Below, piece after piece: positions 60,718 to 64,000 of a DNA stretch of 64,000 nt. Numbering within the stretch: the first letter of the stretch is position 1; every line of letters starts with the position of its first letter. Below the pieces are notes generated by a model. The model did not search any database and was not told the DNA's origin. It saw only the letters and a program-made list of their open reading frames with translations. Position numbers and translations under genes: made by a program. Origin of the DNA: a virus (Duplodnaviria > Caudoviricetes); the IMG/VR virus record IMGVR_UViG_3300021255_002539, positions 160,001-224,000 of that record, one strand, 5' to 3'.

Positions 60718-62472
60718 TCACATCCCCAGTGACCTGAGCTTCTCGTCGATTTCCCTAGATGCGAGTCTGGTGTCGGTGGCAACTCTGGAACTGCTTGAGT
60801 CGTCGCCATCCACTGGCACATACTCCACCACGACCCCAGTTCCCTCGGTTCCCACAGCCTTTCTTATCACGAGTCTGCACTTGATGCCTGTCTTGCTGTC
60901 CACGAACACGAGCTTGTTTACGTCAATTTCGATGTCGCCACTCATCCTCACAGTGGTGTTTACGCCCATGTTGAGGGTTGAGCCATTCTGCATGTCGAGC
61001 ACCGAGCCATCGTGGAAAGTCACCTTCGCCCCATCAGCGACATTGGCATTGGAACCATCCTCCATGAATACATCGCCACCTACATGGACGCTTCCATCGA
61101 ACTCTGCAAGGCCCCTTGACTTCAGCAAGTTGTCGGTGTCCACTACATTGGACGCAACGGATGTCGTCACCACCTTGTCTATGTTGATGTTGTTGATGTT
61201 GAACTCGTATGCCTCCAGTTTGCTGAATCTGCCTTGTTCGCAGACCAAGTTCTTCGAGAGGGTGTTGCCATTGGAGTCCAAGCGGTAGATGCCATCCTTC
61301 ACAGTGAACTTCTTTGGCACATTGGGGTTGGAATGCTCCATTGCGTAGGATATTGGGTTCACGAGCGTCTTCACCTTCAACTCGGCGTTCTCGTAGTTCA
61401 CCCTGTTCCTCTCCATTGCGTCTGCCACGGTCTGATATGGATCGTAGTCTGGGCTGGCGTTCTCCTGGTCGTCGTATTCCTCAACCATGTCGTCAATGTA
61501 CTCGTCCCAGTTCTGTTGGGTTGTCAACTGAACCCCCTTGGTGTTGGTGGACTTGGAGGACGATGTGATGTAGGATATTGGCGTGACGAGAACATTGTCT
61601 GTGGCGAGTGTCGAACCATCCAGAATCAACTTGCTGTCCTCTCCCTAAATCGTGACATTGCCCTGGAAGAGGGAGTTCACGCCAGGGTCGACAACGAAGC
61701 AATATGCCGGGCTGGCCGTGCCACCACCCATTATCTTCATCGTCTGGAACCTGTTGTTCACCGTGTGCGAGACGATGCCCCTGTTCGCCACTATCTCGCC
61801 ACCATTTACTGTGAGGGCTGCACCATTCACGCCAGTTCCATCTATGACAACGCTTTGCTTGACCTGGATGTACTTTGCGATAATGTCCTTCACGGTCAAG
61901 GTCTTCTCCACGCGCATGTTGAGCGAAGCCATCGTGTCCATGAACAGGTTGTTGGTCTTCACTGTGTCTGCGAACACTGTTTGACCTATGATCTCGCTGG
62001 TGGCCTTCATTGTGTCAGCAGTCACCACATTGGCCGCAACCTTCTTCGCCGCGATGTCGTCCACCACCAGTTTCTTCAAGGACATCGTGAAGGTGTCTGC
62101 TATGATCTTCCTGGAATCCACATCCCACTTTGCGGCAGAATCGCCCAATATCAACCTGTCCCCAGCATGGAGGGTCTATGTCCCAACATACGCAGAATCG
62201 TAGGTCTTCTCAATACCTATTATGGTGTTGCCTCCACTGAACTCAACTGGTTCTGCGAACGAGCATGCCTTTCTGAAGGATATCGTGGAGTTGCTGACCC
62301 CCAGGGAGAGGTTTCCGTCGTCGTCTACCACCTTTAGCCCATTGGTCGTGGTCTGACCCTGGACGCCCAGGTTGCCCTCCACTGTCAGGCTTCCGTGGAT
62401 GGTCGCGTTTTTTCCACTGTCCTCTGTGTCCATGTAGTCGATGTAGTTGCTTTCGTCTGATGATGTTGCCAT
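60718..62472 (-). CDS. Late beta-helix-like structural/tail protein (584 aa, 2 TAG=Gln)
   Basis: One frame across TAG 62176 and 61645; beta-strand-rich repeats. Confidence 0.75.
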
Positions 62473-62521
62473 GGTTGTCTATTGCCTCTCTTGTTGATAT
62501 GTCAAGGTTGTTGTCATATCC

Positions 62522-62553
62522 TATTTACAATTTTGGGCTTGGAATTGTAAATA
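62522..62553. promoter_or_regulatory. Back-to-back late promoters, 16-bp spacer
   Basis: TATTTACA-attttgggcttggaat-TGTAAATA. Confidence 0.75.
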
Positions 62554-62585
62554 GACTACGATGAACAACAAAAGGGTTTACTGAG

Positions 62586-63902
62586 ATGGCACAACAAGTT
62601 CAGTTTGTATATCTGACATAGGCGGAGTACGATGCTCTGGGGACGAAGGATGCAGCCCGCCTATACTTCACATCCGACACAAAGAGGGTCTACAGGGGTT
62701 CGCAAACCTACATACCCCAAAGAATATTCTACGGGACTTGCTCCACTGATGCAAATATGGCGGTTAAGGCGGTGACATGCGGAGACTTCACTGATCAGGA
62801 CTTGACCACTGGAACCGTGTTGATTGTGAAGTTCACATATGCCAATAAGACAATCAATCTCAAATTAAAGGTGAACGACGGCACCGCAAAGAACATGAAG
62901 TGGCAAGATGGTGTCGATGTGTGCAACAATCCCTGGGCAGCAGGTCAGACGGTATAGTTCGTGTACGATGGCGCACAGTGGATTATGATGGAGACAACAC
63001 TGGCCATTCTAACATATGGCAGTTCCACATGGAACGACTTCCTGAATGCCTACAACAGGAACGCATTGGTGTATTGTCGGGTTACAGTAAGTGGTGGTGG
63101 CAGTCGCATGGCGTTCATGGCATACAATATAACTAGTGGTAGTAATGCCAATGTTGAGTTTCAGTATGTCAGAAGCTTATCAACAAAAACCATCACTGAT
63201 CAAGGGGACGAGACCATAATATACAAGCTTGACAGTAGTGGAACATGGACGACGACTACGCGAAAGAACTACACCAGGATAGCTGCAGGAACTGGTTTGG
63301 GTGGGCAGTTTTCAGGTGGCACGACCACTCCCGTATTGACCTTGAGCAACACTGGCGTCCTATCAGTGAATGGAAGCACAGGTGATGTCACCATTTCCGA
63401 TGCAAGCACTTCGACGAAGGGACTTGTTCAGCTCAACGACACCCTGACTTCAACATCCACAACCCAGGCGGCAACCGCGAACGCAGTAAAGCAGTTGAAC
63501 GACAAGTTCGACGACTATGTAAGCATTGCCGACCTGGAAGATGGGTTGCAGGTGGACGACATAGAGGCCAAGTCGATAACCATAGATGGCGTAAAGCCCT
63601 CTTTGGAGGGGCATACGCACTCAGAATACAAGGTTCTGCAGACAGCCAAGTCCAGTCCAACCGCGAGTGGGACAGACATATCGTTTATAGACACGGTATC
63701 CCAAGATGCCAATGGCGAGATAACAGCAACCAGGAAGTCTGTGCGATCAGCGTCAACCAGCCAAACAGGGGTCGTATAGTTGAGTTCCGCTACAAATAGC
63801 ACATCAGAGGCATTGGCAGCAACCCCAAAGGCAGTGAAGACGGCATACGATCTCGCTAGTTCGAAGTCTTCTGTGACGATAATTGATTGGGAGGAGAATT
63901 GA
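62586..63902 (+). CDS. Tail fibre protein (438 aa, 3 TAG=Gln)
   Basis: LT*AEYDAL; two phage tail-fibre repeats ASTSTKGLVQLND..AATANAVK and ASTSQTGVV*LSSATNSTSEALAATPKAVKTAYDLA; TAG at 62619, 62955, 63777. Confidence 0.88.
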
Positions 63903-63905
63903 CAT

Positions 63906-64000
63906 ATGATATACATGGGAAACACGCGAGTTGGGTTCAACGCATTGACCAGTCTTCCAGCAAACCCACCACCATCAGAGAACCTGGTGAAGTTCAGGGA
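63906..64000 (+). CDS. 5' end of next gene (partial)
   Basis: GGAGGAG RBS; MIYMGNTRVG... open to the window end. Confidence 0.55.
   Translation, partial: MIYMGNTRVGFNALTSLPANPPPSENLVKFR

Noticed and set aside
33225-63620. Diversity-generating retroelement TR/VR pair in the fibres
   Set aside because: Differences are not adenine-specific, the module is not C-terminal, and there is no reverse transcriptase in the window
62586-63902. TAG as pyrrolysine or another residue
   Set aside because: Paralogous and family motifs (VQL, TQAEYDAL, KFQAW) put Gln at these positions; no pyl genes seen
1-64000. Assignment to Lak megaphages or crAss-like phages because of code 15
   Set aside because: The ~50% GC and sigma70-type promoters do not fit AT-rich Bacteroidota phages, and the contractile-tail T4-like genes exclude crAss-like podoviruses

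Overview
A 64-kb segment of a large T4-like (jumbo) myophage genome, roughly half GC. It carries the major capsid protein, prohead scaffold, neck gp13, tail sheath, baseplate wedge, tail fibres, UvsW, DnaJ/GroES-like chaperones, IF-1, a macro domain and an NAD cluster. TAG is read as Gln (genetic code 15): I count 29 in-frame TAGs in 12 genes, all downstream of a late-promoter motif (GTAAATA), so the supplied ORF track fragments many real genes. After re-joining them, the most striking novelty is an apparent capsid-cargo system with three parts. (i) A 1599-aa polyprotein holds three PolX/pol-beta-like nucleotidyltransferase domains, a ligase-type KxDG adenylation domain and an HxGH nucleotidyltransferase. 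It is transcribed back-to-back with a fourth NTase fused to a PD-(D/E)xK nuclease, and each NTase domain starts just after a prohead-protease-like E|S/G site. (ii) A conserved 47-aa leader is fused to four unrelated cargoes at dispersed loci. (iii) A family of short MKWxKLxxES capsid-targeting-like leaders. Five divergent late junctions also share an invariant TATTTACN-N16-NGTAAATA geometry. No tRNA, rRNA or CRISPR array was recognised. All functional calls come from motif reading by eye, not database searches.
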